Shown here piece after piece: positions 50,112 through 59,976 of a stretch of DNA of 64,000 bases. Within the stretch, counting starts at the first letter, position 1. Every line of letters starts with the position of its first letter. The notes beneath the pieces are model-generated. The model was not told the origin of the DNA. It did not search any database and saw nothing but the letters and a program-made list of their open reading frames with translations. Source of the stretch: an uncultured Acidobacteriota bacterium (GTDB taxonomy: Bacteria > Acidobacteriota > Vicinamibacteria > Vicinamibacterales > 2-12-FULL-66-21); assembly GCA_963785755.1 (NCBI GenBank), contig CAWAXG010000068.1, forward strand, positions 46,594 to 110,593, given 5' to 3'. The position numbers were made by a program, and so were the translations under genes.

Positions 50112-51387
50112 ATGCGCGTAGCCCTGGTCCACGACTGGCTGACCGGCATGCGGGGCGGTGAGAAGGTGTTGGACGCGATCTGCGAGCTGTTTCCGGACGC
50201 GCCGCTCTACACGCTCGTCCACGTTCCGGGGACCGTATCACCCCGAATCGAGGCCCGTCAGATCGTCACCTCGCTGGCCCAGCGTCTCCCTTCACCCCGG
50301 CGGTTCTACCGCCACTATCTCCCGCTCTACCCTCTGGCGGTCGAGCTCTTCGACCTCGATCGGTTCGACCTCGTCATCAGCAGCAGCCACTGCGCGGTGA
50401 AGTCGGTCGTGACGCCGAGCCGGGCAGTTCACGTCTGCTACTGCCATTCACCGATGCGCTATGCCTGGGATCAGTTCGACTCGGTACTTCGGGCCGGATC
50501 AGGTCGGCGTGGCGGCCAACTGGATCCTTCGCCGGGTGCTGCGTCAGCTGGCCCGCTGGGATGCCGCGACCGCGGGTCGCGTAGACCGCTTTCTCGCGAA
50601 CTCTCAATATGTTGCGGGCAGGATCCGCCGATACTATAATCGCGGGTCGACCATTGTGTATCCTCCAGTAGACACTGACTTCTACAGCCTCCAGCGCCAG
50701 CCGAGCTCGCCCAGCTTTCTCATCGTGTCTGCGCTCGTGCCGTACAAGCGCCTCGATATCGCCATCGAGAGCTGCCGGCGCGTCGGCGTGCCGCTGAGAA
50801 TCGTCGGTATCGGACCGGAACTGTCGCGTTTGCAAGCAATTGCCGGCCCCGACGTCGAGTTCCTCGGAAGCCAGTCCGATGACAGAATCCGGGAGCTTTA
50901 CCGCCAATCGAGCGCCACGCTTCTCCCCGGCGTCGAAGATTTCGGCATCGTCCCGGTTGAAGCTCAAGCCTGCGGCTGTCCTGTGGTCGCCCGCGACCTC
51001 GGCGGCGCCCGCGAGACCGTCCTCGACGGTGTGACCGGCGTGCTGGTCAATGAGCCCTCGACCGAAGCCTTCGCTGACGGCCTGTCGCGCGTGCTCCAGA
51101 CCTCCTTCGACCCCGAGAAGGTTCGCGCCAACGCGCTCCGCTTCTCGAGACAGCAGTTTCTCTCGACGTTCAAAGCTGCGATCGAGGACGCGCTCGCCGA
51201 AAGAAGGAGCCAGGGCCGAGTGGCACGAGCGGCCGGCCCTGAACAAGCCGCAAGCCGGGCGCGATTGACGCAAAGCAACGATCCTGAAGAAGCCGCAAGC
51301 CAAGCGCGATTGATGCAAGACGACGATCCTGAAGCCGCAAGCCAGGCCCCATTGGTACAAAAGGCCGATCGCGAGAACAAACAATGA
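50112..51387 (+). pseudogene. Family-4 (GT-B) glycosyltransferase with one frameshift and a repeat-encoded C-terminal tail
   Basis: The ATG 50112 piece (MRVALVHDWLTGMRGGEKV...YAWDQFDS) continues in frame +1 as YFGPDQVG...EDFGIVPVEAQACGCPVVA. The junction is at CTCGGTAC 50480-50487, and deleting one G restores the frame. Confidence 0.82.
51238..51369 (+). repeat. Tandem repeat, three units of 45/45/42 nt
   Basis: Units at 51238-51282, 51283-51327 and 51328-51369 (CCTGAA(G/C)AAGCCGCAAGCC..GCGCGATTGA.GCAA....ACGAT). They encode PE(E)AASQARL.Q..D x3 at the 3' end of the GT gene. Confidence 0.85.
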
Positions 51388-52829
51388 TGCGGCGGTATAA
51401 CCGTCTGCTCGTCGCCTTTTACCTGATTAGCGATGCCCTGCTCGGTATGGCTGCCTTCGCGCTCGCCTACTTCCTGCGTTTCGAGGGACCCGTCGCGGAC
51501 ATCATCCCGCCAGTCAAAGGCGTGCCGCAGTTCAAGTACTACGCGTTGATGCTGCCCTTCATCGGCGCGCTCGTCCCGGTCGCGTTTCACGTCCAGGGGT
51601 TGTATCGACTGCGGCGGGGCCGTACGCGTCTCGACGACTTTTTTGCCGTCTTCGTCGGGAGCATTCTCGCCGTTGTCGTCGGCGTGTTTGCAACGCTGTA
51701 CATCGGCGCCTATTTCCTCCCCGAGCATCTGAAGGATGCCGGCGTCCACGAAGTCTCCCAGGTCGGCTGGGCGCTCTTCCTGTTTGTCAATGTGGTGTTC
51801 GCCTACACCTCGCGCGAGATGGTCCGCGAGTTCCTCGAGCGGCGCTGGAAGGCCGGCATCGGCCTGAAGCGGGTGCTGATCGCCGGCGCCGGCGATCTCG
51901 GGCGCATGGTGGCGGACAAGGTCCTGGAGCACCGCGAACTGGGCTTCAAGGTCCTCGGATTCATCGACGATCGCGCGACCGGCGATCACATCGGCTACCG
52001 CGGGCTGCCGCTCCTCGGATCTCTCGCCGACGCCGACGAAATCATGAAGCGCGAACGCATCGACCACCTTTACGTCGCGCTGCCGCTCGAAGAGCACGTC
52101 AAGATGCTCAGTCTCGTCGAGGTGACCAACCGTGAAGGTGTCGACCTGCACGTCGTCCCCGACCTGCTGCAGTTCATTGCGTTGCGCGCGCGCCTGGAGA
52201 ACCTCGACGGCGTTCCGATCATCAGCCTGAACGACGTTCCGCTCCGCGGATTCAACAGCATTCTCAAGCGCGCCATCGACATCGCGATCTCGGGGACCGT
52301 CCTGCTGTGCACGTCGGTGCTGTTCGGGGGTATCGCGATCCTGATCAGGGCGACAACGAGAGGGCCGGTCTACTATCGCCAGGAGCGCATGGGGCTCGAC
52401 GGCAAGGCGTTCCAGGTTCTCAAGTTCCGGTCCATGTACGAGGGGGCGGAAGACGAAACCGGACCGATCTGGGCGCGCGACAACGACCCCCGCTGCACGC
52501 CAATCGGCCGGTGGCTGCGCCTCTTCGATCTGGACGAGTTGCCGCAGCTCTGGAACGTGCTCCGCGGGGACATGTCCATCGTCGGGCCCCGCCCGGAACG
52601 GCCCTACTTCGTCGAGCAGTTCAAGCACCGGATTCCGCAATACATGCTGCGGCACAAGGTGAAGTCGGGCATCACCGGCTGGGCGCAGGTCAACGGCTGG
52701 CGAGGCAACACGTCGCTCGAGAAGCGGATCGAATACGATCTGTATTACATTGAGAACTGGTCGGTCGGCCTCGATCTGAAGATCATGTGGCTGACGCTGG
52801 TTCGCGGCCTCCAGAAGCACGCGTACTGA
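51384..52829 (+). CDS. Undecaprenyl-phosphate hexose-1-phosphate transferase (WcaJ/EpsB-like priming sugar transferase)
   Basis: N-terminal TM helices, central NAD/CoA-binding-like domain ([10 protein letters not shown]), and C-terminal bacterial sugar transferase domain ([36 protein letters not shown]). Confidence 0.92.
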   Translation: MMRRYNRLLVAFYLISDALLGMAAFALAYFLRFEGPVADIIPPVKGVPQFKYYALMLPFIGALVPVAFHVQGLYRLRRGRTRLDDFFAVFVGSILAVVVGVFATLYIGAYFLPEHLKDAGVHEVSQVGWALFLFVNVVFAYTSREMVREFLERRWKAGIGLKRVLIAGAGDLGRMVADKVLEHRELGFKVLGFIDDRATGDHIGYRGLPLLGSLADADEIMKRERIDHLYVALPLEEHVKMLSLVEVTNREGVDLHVVPDLLQFIALRARLENLDGVPIISLNDVPLRGFNSILKRAIDIAISGTVLLCTSVLFGGIAILIRATTRGPVYYRQERMGLDGKAFQVLKFRSMYEGAEDETGPIWARDNDPRCTPIGRWLRLFDLDELPQLWNVLRGDMSIVGPRPERPYFVEQFKHRIPQYMLRHKVKSGITGWAQVNGWRGNTSLEKRIEYDLYYIENWSVGLDLKIMWLTLVRGLQKHAY

Positions 52830-52917
52830 ATCTTGTAATCAGCCAAAGGCCAATCACCGATCGCCGAGTCGCCGGCCGGACCGGCAATTCAGCCGTGTCG
52901 GTCAACTGCACACATCG

Positions 52918-53853
52918 ATGCCCAGAGTTGTCATTACCGGCGCCGCCGGCTTCATCGGATCTCACCTGTCGGAAAAGCTGCTCGACCGGGGCTACTCGGT
53001 AGTCGGCATCGACAACCTCCTGACCGGCTCGACGGCGAACATCGCGCACCTGTCGAACCGCGATTTCGTCTTCATCAAGCACGATGTCACCAACTACATC
53101 TTCGTCGAAGGCAAAGTCGACGCGGTGCTGCACTGGGCCAGCCCGGCGAGCCCGATCGACTATCTCGAGCTGCCGATTCCGACCTTGAAGGTTGGCGCGC
53201 TCGGCACCCACAAGGCGCTTGGCCTGGCGAAAGAGAAACAGGCGCGATTCGTCCTGGCCTCGACCTCGGAGGTCTACGGCGATCCGCTCGAGCACCCGCA
53301 GAAGGAGAGCTACTGGGGCAACGTCAATCCCATCGGTCCGCGCGGCGTCTACGACGAAGCCAAGAGGTTTGCCGAGGCGATCACGACCGCGTACCATCGC
53401 TTTCACGGGCTCGACACGAAGATCGTCCGCATCTTCAACACCTACGGACCGCGGATGCGGCTGCACGATGGCCGCGCGGTTCCGGCGTTCATGAGCCAGG
53501 CGCTGCGCGGCGAGGACGTCACCATCTTCGGCAGCGGCCAGCAGACCCGCAGCTTCTGCTACGTCAGCGATCTGGTCGAAGGCGTCATTCGCTTGATGGA
53601 GTCGAACCTCAACGATCCTGTCAACATCGGCAACCCGCATGAGATGACGATCGAGCAGATCGCCAGGGCGATCATCCAGCTGACGGGCTCGAAGAGCCGG
53701 ATCGTCTATCGCCCGCTGCCCGAAGACGACCCGAAAGTGCGGCAACCGGACATCACGAAAGCGCGCACGCTGCTCGGCTGGGAACCCACGGTCTCCCTGG
53801 AAGAGGGGCTGGTGAAGACCCTCGACTACTTCCGGGGGCAGGTCGGCGGCTGA
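52918..53853 (+). CDS. UDP-glucuronate decarboxylase (UDP-xylose synthase-like SDR)
   Basis: [27 protein letters not shown] catalytic motif. [10 protein letters not shown]. Confidence 0.88.
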   Translation: MPRVVITGAAGFIGSHLSEKLLDRGYSVVGIDNLLTGSTANIAHLSNRDFVFIKHDVTNYIFVEGKVDAVLHWASPASPIDYLELPIPTLKVGALGTHKALGLAKEKQARFVLASTSEVYGDPLEHPQKESYWGNVNPIGPRGVYDEAKRFAEAITTAYHRFHGLDTKIVRIFNTYGPRMRLHDGRAVPAFMSQALRGEDVTIFGSGQQTRSFCYVSDLVEGVIRLMESNLNDPVNIGNPHEMTIEQIARAIIQLTGSKSRIVYRPLPEDDPKVRQPDITKARTLLGWEPTVSLEEGLVKTLDYFRGQVGG

Positions 53854-53856
53854 CCT

Positions 53857-53874
53857 AGGGGCATCCCTGCCCCT
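53857..53874. terminator. Short hairpin between convergent genes
   Basis: AGGGGCA-tccc-TGCCCCT lies 4 nt after the decarboxylase stop. Weak, with no strong U-tract. Confidence 0.3.
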
Positions 53875-53899
53875 TCGCGCGACCCGCGAGGCGCGGCTT

Positions 53900-54472
53900 C
53901 TAGGACTGTTTCGGGCGGGGCGCCTGCGAGCCGTGGATCCCGAATACCTGAATCAGATAGTGAAACGCTGAAATCAGCGTGATCGCGAGCGATGCCCAGA
54001 CGAACGCCGTGACGACGTCGCTTTTCTCTTCGAGATAGTTGAAATACAGGGTCACGACACCGGTGAGGATGTAGGTGGCGGTGGCGATCTTGCCGAAGAT
54101 CGAGGGCCGGAACGTCCGCGGCCCGACGGCGAGGTTGATCACGGCGACGGTGAGCACAATCGCGACGTCGCGGCTGATGACCAGGACGGTGAACCAGATC
54201 GGCAGCCGGTTCGCGGACCCGATGTCGGGCAGCGTCAGGACGATGAACATCGTGACGAGCAACAGCTTGTCGGCCATCGGATCGAGCCAGGCCCCGAGCG
54301 TGGTCTTCTGTCCGGTGGCGCGGGCGATCAGCCCGTCGAGCAGGTCGGTCAGGCCGGCGACGAGAAATGTGGTGAGGGCCCAGCCCTGGTGGCCGTAGAG
54401 GAGGAGAATGACGAACGCCGGAATCAGCAACATCCGGAGGATGGTGAGCTGGTTCGCCGCCGTCAGATTCAT
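53900..54472 (-). CDS. pgsA: CDP-diacylglycerol--glycerol-3-phosphate 3-phosphatidyltransferase (CDP-alcohol phosphatidyltransferase family)
   Basis: DGLIARATGQKTTLGAWLDPMADKLL, which matches the D-G-x2-A-R-x8-G-x3-D-x3-D motif. Confidence 0.88.
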   Translation of the reverse strand: MNLTAANQLTILRMLLIPAFVILLLYGHQGWALTTFLVAGLTDLLDGLIARATGQKTTLGAWLDPMADKLLLVTMFIVLTLPDIGSANRLPIWFTVLVISRDVAIVLTVAVINLAVGPRTFRPSIFGKIATATYILTGVVTLYFNYLEEKSDVVTAFVWASLAITLISAFHYLIQVFGIHGSQAPRPKQS

Positions 54473-55827
54473 GGACCCGTTCGGCCTCCCAGCTCCTGAA
54501 GTTTCACCAGCGCGGCGACGGCCTCGGCGCCGGTAACCGGTGGCGTCAGATCGAAAGCGCCGTTCTCGCGGGTTGTCATCACCCCGGCTTCCACGACCAG
54601 GGATACGGCGGCGTAGCTGAGGTGCCGCGGGCCGACATCGGCGAACTTGCGCTGGCCGCTGTTGCGCCAGGAAGCCGCAAGCTGCGGACTGCGGGCCGCG
54701 ATGATCTCCAGGACGCGGCCCGCCGCGTCGGCGAGATCCGCCCGGCGCACGATCTGCTCCGGCTGAAAGGTGTGATTCGGATACACCTCCATCACGCCGG
54801 AACGGGCGACCGAGAGAATGTGCGATGCCGCCCAGCTGCCCCTCGTGTCCGTGATCACGACGGCACTGACCCGGCGCGCTTTCACGAGGAGATCGTCGAG
54901 CCGCACCGCGAGCAGCGCCGCCAGCTGTGCGCGCGTGACAGCCGGTGAGCTCTCGATGCTGCGATATTCCGGCGGCATCGCCTCGAAGGCGACGCGCGAT
55001 CGCAGTGCCGCGATCCTCTCAGGAAGAACCTCTCCCGGCTGCAGCGCCGCGGCGGCACTGAGCGCCTCGAGCGCCTTCGCGACGTCTCCCTGAGCCTCGT
55101 AGAGATCCCCCAGCAGGATCAGCCCGCGAGCGTCCTCGGGTTCGAGCTCGACTGCCTTGCGCGCGGAGTCCAGCCCCGGCTCGATGTTTCCCGCCTTCCG
55201 TTCGACTTCGGCGAGCTCGCGCAGCAGGAACGCGCTGGCCGGCGAGGCATCGACGAGTGTGCGATAGGCCGCTCGCGCTTCGTCAAGCCTGCCAGCGGCA
55301 GCCAGTTTTCGCGCGTTTCCGATGTCCTCCTGCTGGTTGCGGAAGCGCAAGACCTCCAGGCGGCTCCGAAGGACGCCAAGCCCGGGATCGGCGGTCAGCG
55401 CAGCTTCGATACTCGCGACCGCTTCGTCAACCTCCCCCATCCCCAGCAACGCCTCGGCGCGGCCTGCGAGCGCCGGCGCATACCGGGGATTGGCGACTAC
55501 CGCGCGGTCGAAATGCAGCAGCGAATCCTTGTGTTTCTTGGCGGCGAGCGCGACATACCCGAGTCCGACTTCGGCTGGATAGAACGTCGCGGCCTGCCGC
55601 AGCGCCGACGCGAAGTTGCGCTCGGCCGCGCGCAGGTCACCAGCCTGAAGCCACTCCCATGCGATGTGGTGGCGCTCGAGCGCCGCCGGCGTGCCGAGCC
55701 CTGGCGGCGGCTGGGGCTGGACGAAGTCCGGGAACTTCGGCGACGTGACCGCCGGGGGCAGCGGCGCGGTTTTCGGCGCACACCCGGTCACCACCACCAT
55801 GAGCGTCAGGACGGCGGCTGCCTTCAT
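54469..55827 (-). CDS. TPR-repeat lipoprotein with C-terminal SLH-like domains
   Basis: Lipobox-like LMVVVTGC. TPR repeats through ~aa 270. SLH-like segments (VTRAQLAALLAVRL; FADVGPRHLSYAAVSLVVEAGVMTTRENGAFDLTPPVTGAEAVAALVKL). Confidence 0.75.
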   Translation of the reverse strand: MKAAAVLTLMVVVTGCAPKTAPLPPAVTSPKFPDFVQPQPPPGLGTPAALERHHIAWEWLQAGDLRAAERNFASALRQAATFYPAEVGLGYVALAAKKHKDSLLHFDRAVVANPRYAPALAGRAEALLGMGEVDEAVASIEAALTADPGLGVLRSRLEVLRFRNQQEDIGNARKLAAAGRLDEARAAYRTLVDASPASAFLLRELAEVERKAGNIEPGLDSARKAVELEPEDARGLILLGDLYEAQGDVAKALEALSAAAALQPGEVLPERIAALRSRVAFEAMPPEYRSIESSPAVTRAQLAALLAVRLDDLLVKARRVSAVVITDTRGSWAASHILSVARSGVMEVYPNHTFQPEQIVRRADLADAAGRVLEIIAARSPQLAASWRNSGQRKFADVGPRHLSYAAVSLVVEAGVMTTRENGAFDLTPPVTGAEAVAALVKLQELGGRTGP

Positions 55828-57119
55828 GCCTGACCTCTCACGTCCTGGAACCGTGACAGAAGGCGGCGCGGGATCTCCGCTTCAATCGCGATCGAGCCGT
55901 CGGTCGTGACGTGGCGGAGGATACGGCCCAGCCGATACAACTCCGCGACACGTTCGCGGGTGTCGTGGCCGCTCGAGGCAAATGCCACGCTGACCCGTGC
56001 GGTGTCGAGCGCGAGCCGGGTTTCCATCGCGGCAATCAGCTCGTCCCGCCCCTGACCGGTCAGCGCGGAGACACACAACCCGCCGGGATACATGCCCGCG
56101 ATCCGCTGCCGTTCGACCGCGTCAATCCGATCGCACTTGTTGAACACTTCGACGGCCGGCACCTTCTCGGCGCCGACCTCGGAGAGCACGCTGCGTACGG
56201 CGTCCATGTGCCGCTCCCGATCGGGAGACGAAGCATCGATCACGTGCAGCAGCAGGTCCGCCGCCGCGACTTCTTCGAGGGTAGCCCGGAAGGCGGCAAC
56301 AAGCGAGTGCGGCAGCCGCTCGATGAACCCGACCGTGTCGGACACCAGCAACTCACGGCGATCGCGCAGCTTCACCCTGCGGATGAGCGGATCCAGCGTC
56401 ACGAACAGCGCATTCGATGCCACCGCGTCGTCGCCGGTCAACAGATTGAACAGCGTCGTCTTGCCGGCGTTCGTGTAGCCGACGAGCGCAACGGTCGGTA
56501 CGGCCGCCTTGTGCCGCCGTTCGCGCAGCTGAGACCGCCTCCGGCGGACGACGTCGATCTCCTGCGAGAGCACGCTGATGCGGTGGCGGATGCGCCGCCG
56601 ATCGGTTTCGAGCTTCGTTTCGCCAGGGCCGCGCGTGCCGATGCCGCCACCGAGACGTGACAGCGCGTCATTCGCGCCGACCAGGCGCGGCAGCAGGTAC
56701 TTGAGCTGAGCGAGCTCCACCTGCAGCTTGCCTTCTCTCGTTCGTGCGCGGCTGGCAAAAATATCGAGGATGAGCTGCGTCCGGTCCAGCACCTTGCATT
56801 CGAGCGCCGCTTCGAGATTGCGCAGTTGCGCGGGCGACAGCTCGTTGTCGAAGACGACCAACGACACGTCGGCCTCGTCGCACGCGAGCCGCAACGACTC
56901 GACCTTTCCACTTCCGAGAAAGGTCGCCGGGTCCGGCTTGGGCCGTTCCTGCAGCACGCGGACCACGACATCGGCACCGGCAGCCGCGGCAAGACCGGCG
57001 AGCTCGTCCAGCGAGTGTTCGGGATCGAAGTGTCGGGAGGATCGGCTGAACAGTCCGACGAGCGCCGCACGCTCCCGAGGCTCGGGCCCGCCCGATCGGG
57101 ATGACGAGGAGCGTGTCAC
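55824..57119 (-). CDS. hflX: GTPase HflX
   Basis: GTG 57119 overlaps the tsaC stop (GTGA). HflX N-domain (LDRTQLILDIFASRARTREGKLQVELAQL). G domain GYTNAGKTTLFN, DTVGF, NKCD. Confidence 0.92.
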   Translation of the reverse strand: MTRSSSSRSGGPEPRERAALVGLFSRSSRHFDPEHSLDELAGLAAAAGADVVVRVLQERPKPDPATFLGSGKVESLRLACDEADVSLVVFDNELSPAQLRNLEAALECKVLDRTQLILDIFASRARTREGKLQVELAQLKYLLPRLVGANDALSRLGGGIGTRGPGETKLETDRRRIRHRISVLSQEIDVVRRRRSQLRERRHKAAVPTVALVGYTNAGKTTLFNLLTGDDAVASNALFVTLDPLIRRVKLRDRRELLVSDTVGFIERLPHSLVAAFRATLEEVAAADLLLHVIDASSPDRERHMDAVRSVLSEVGAEKVPAVEVFNKCDRIDAVERQRIAGMYPGGLCVSALTGQGRDELIAAMETRLALDTARVSVAFASSGHDTRERVAELYRLGRILRHVTTDGSIAIEAEIPRRLLSRFQDVRGQA

Positions 57120-57742
57120 TTGAGCGATTCTAGCACGCGGTCCCACGCGACCGCCCCGGCGCGGTGCAGCACCGGAACACTCCGTACGATCTCGACGATG
57201 GTCGACGGCGGACCGCCGGGCGAGGGGCCTCCATCGACGACGACATCGATCCGATCGGTGAACGCCGCTTCGACTTCCGCGGCGGTGATCGCGGGCGGCC
57301 GTCCTGAGATATTCGCGCTGGTCGCGGTAATGCACCCGCCGAAGAGCCGGGCCAACGCACGCGCGACGAGATGGGAAGGAACGCGGACGCCGACGGTGTG
57401 GATGCCGCCGGACAGCCGCCCCGACAGTTCCGGCGCCGCCGGCACGACGATCGTCAGGGCGCCTGGCCAGAATGCCTCGGCGAGGCGTCTTTCGACGGGA
57501 CCAAACGCTCCTGCTCTTTCAGCCTGCGCGGAATCCGCCGCGATCAGCGCAACCGGCCATGACGCGTCGCGCTCTTTCACGGTGAAGAGTCGATCGACTG
57601 CCTCGTCGCTCCGGGGATCGACGGCGAGTCCATACGCGGTCTCCGTCGGATATCCAACGATTCCCCCCTGCCTGATGACCTCGACCGCCTCCTGAATGAG
57701 CCGTTTGTCGGGTTCGGAGGGATCGACGGTGTATCGCCGCAT
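57116..57742 (-). CDS. tsaC: L-threonylcarbamoyladenylate synthase (TsaC/YrdC family)
   Basis: ATG 57742 (MRRYTVD). YPTETAYGLAVDP, SANISGRP and STIVE motifs. Confidence 0.9.
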   Translation of the reverse strand: MRRYTVDPSEPDKRLIQEAVEVIRQGGIVGYPTETAYGLAVDPRSDEAVDRLFTVKERDASWPVALIAADSAQAERAGAFGPVERRLAEAFWPGALTIVVPAAPELSGRLSGGIHTVGVRVPSHLVARALARLFGGCITATSANISGRPPAITAAEVEAAFTDRIDVVVDGGPSPGGPPSTIVEIVRSVPVLHRAGAVAWDRVLESLK

Positions 57743-58959
57743 CACAGTTCCTCGACAGACGGCGTGGTCGGTTCTTCGACGGGTGCGATCACCATCAGAC
57801 GAGAAACGACGATCGCCACCACGACAAGACCGAACAGATCGAGGAGAAAGACGGCGCGGATCGTCGTCGCTGCCAGAAACCCACTGATGATTGGGCTCAG
57901 GGCGAGCCCGGTCAGCGAAGCCGTGGTGAGAAGGCCGAACCCCGCGCCCCGGGCCGTCGCCGGCATCACGCTGCTCGCGGCGGTATACGTACTCGTCGTC
58001 GCAACCCCCATCGCGATGCCGAACAATGGCGACGCCACGAACAACCAGCCCACTCGTGGCGCGATCACGTAGAGCAGTGCGCCGACGGCGCCGGCTGCCG
58101 CGCTTCCAGCAATGACCTTGCGCGGCGAGGCGTGATGCAGAAGCCATCCGCACAGCTGGTTGCCGAGCGCGCCCGAGGCCGCTGCGATGGAGAAGAGAAT
58201 GCCCGCGACGAGCGGCACGCGGTCCACGCTCGTGCCGAGCTCTGCCACATACAGAGGCAGCACCGGACCGAAGCTCCGGTCGATGAACTGCAGACTGAAG
58301 ACCACCGCCATCAGCAGAACGAAGTTCTCGAAGGCCAGCACGTTCCTGAAGCTGATACGTTCGTGCGAGCTGCGTTTGTTGACATGGTGAACGAGCCGCT
58401 CGTCGTAGGTGAAGAATACGACTACCAGCGCCGCAACGTAGAAACAGGACGTGAACAGGAACGCGTTCCTGAGCCCGACCAGCTGCGCGACGATGCCGCC
58501 GATGATCGGTCCGAGCGCAGGCCCGAGTCGCTGCGCGGTCTGCACGATCCCGATTGCATACGCGGTTTTCTCACGCGGCGCGGATTCGGCGGCCATCGTG
58601 ATCGCGAGGGCACCGTAGCCGGCGAACAATCCCTGGACCGCGCGCAGCGCGAACACGTGCCAGGCTTGCGTGACATACGCCATGCCCGCCATGAGGAAGA
58701 TGAAGCTCACGAGCGAGCGCTCGACCATGATCTTCCGCCCGAAGCGATCGGAGAGCCGGCCCCAGAAGGGCGCGAGCATCGCCGTCATCGCCGGGGTGAC
58801 ACCGAGGCTCAGGCCCGACCACAAAGCGACTTCGCCGACGTCGGCGACGCCAAGCTGCTGGAGATAGATGGGCAGGAACGGCATCACGAGCGTAAAGCCG
58901 GTGAAGCCGACGAAAGTCGCGGTCGCCACCGCGAACACATTCCGCTGCCACGAAGCCAC
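57742..58959 (-). CDS. MFS transporter
   Basis: 12-TM pattern. MFS signature GRLSDRFGRK. The stop overlaps the tsaC start by 1 nt. Confidence 0.88.
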   Translation of the reverse strand: MASWQRNVFAVATATFVGFTGFTLVMPFLPIYLQQLGVADVGEVALWSGLSLGVTPAMTAMLAPFWGRLSDRFGRKIMVERSLVSFIFLMAGMAYVTQAWHVFALRAVQGLFAGYGALAITMAAESAPREKTAYAIGIVQTAQRLGPALGPIIGGIVAQLVGLRNAFLFTSCFYVAALVVVFFTYDERLVHHVNKRSSHERISFRNVLAFENFVLLMAVVFSLQFIDRSFGPVLPLYVAELGTSVDRVPLVAGILFSIAAASGALGNQLCGWLLHHASPRKVIAGSAAAGAVGALLYVIAPRVGWLFVASPLFGIAMGVATTSTYTAASSVMPATARGAGFGLLTTASLTGLALSPIISGFLAATTIRAVFLLDLFGLVVVAIVVSRLMVIAPVEEPTTPSVEEL

Positions 58960-58982
58960 GGGTCAGGCGCGAGCGATTCCGC

Positions 58983-59972
58983 TCAGAATCGCACCCGGAC
59001 GACGCCGGACTGTTTGACGTGAATCGTGTCGACGAACCGGATGCGAGGCGGCCGGCTCTGCATGACCAGCGAATGCGTCCGGATGCCGTCGCCGAAGAAG
59101 CGCACGCCCTTCATCAATGTTCCTTCGGTCACGCCGGTGGCGGCGAAGATGATCGAGTCGCCCGACGCGAGATCCTTCGACGTGTAGATCTTGCGGAAGT
59201 CATGCACGCCCATGGCGCGACAGCGCTCCTCGTGCTCCGGCTTGCTCACGACGAGCCGGGCGTAGATCTCGCCGTTCAGACAGCGCATCGCGGCCGCCGT
59301 CAGCACGCCTTCGGGGGCCCCGCCAGTGCCCATCACGGCGTGTACGCCGGATCCCACGACCGCCGCCGCGATGCCGGCCGACAGATCTCCATCTCCAATC
59401 AAACGTATCCTCGCGCCGGTCGCCCGAATCTCTTCAATCAACTTCTCGTGCCGCGGCCGCTCGAGCACGATGATGACGAGCTCTTCGACCCGGCGCTCCA
59501 GGCACCGCGCGATCGCGTGAAGATTGTCCGCGACGGGCGCATCGAGGCTGACCGCGTTCCTGGCGCTCGGTCCGACGACGAGCTTCTCCATGTAGAGGTC
59601 GGGCGCATGGAGCAGGCCGCCTTCGTCGGCGGCAGCGAGCACCGCCATGGCATTGGGCGCTCCCGTGGCGCAGAGGTTCGTGCCTTCCAGCGGATCGACC
59701 GCAATATCGACCCGCGGCAGATCGAGCCCCGCGCCTCCCTTCCGCGCCGCGATCCCGACCTTTTCGCCGATGAACAGCATCGGCGCCTCGTCGCGCTCTC
59801 CTTCCCCGATGACGATGGTGCCGTCGATCGGGACGCTGTCGAGGCACTGGCGCATGGCTTCGACGGCGGCCTGATCCGACCCGTGCCCATCCCCCTGACC
59901 CATCGTGTGCGCGCACGCAATCGCCGCCTGCTCGACGACGCTGAGGAATTCGAGCGAGAGGTCGGAGTCCAT
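58983..59972 (-). CDS. glpX: Class II fructose-1,6-bisphosphatase (GlpX type)
   Basis: [27 protein letters not shown] and [10 protein letters not shown] motifs. Confidence 0.93.
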   Translation of the reverse strand: MDSDLSLEFLSVVEQAAIACAHTMGQGDGHGSDQAAVEAMRQCLDSVPIDGTIVIGEGERDEAPMLFIGEKVGIAARKGGAGLDLPRVDIAVDPLEGTNLCATGAPNAMAVLAAADEGGLLHAPDLYMEKLVVGPSARNAVSLDAPVADNLHAIARCLERRVEELVIIVLERPRHEKLIEEIRATGARIRLIGDGDLSAGIAAAVVGSGVHAVMGTGGAPEGVLTAAAMRCLNGEIYARLVVSKPEHEERCRAMGVHDFRKIYTSKDLASGDSIIFAATGVTEGTLMKGVRFFGDGIRTHSLVMQSRPPRIRFVDTIHVKQSGVVRVRF

Positions 59973-59976
59973 CGCC

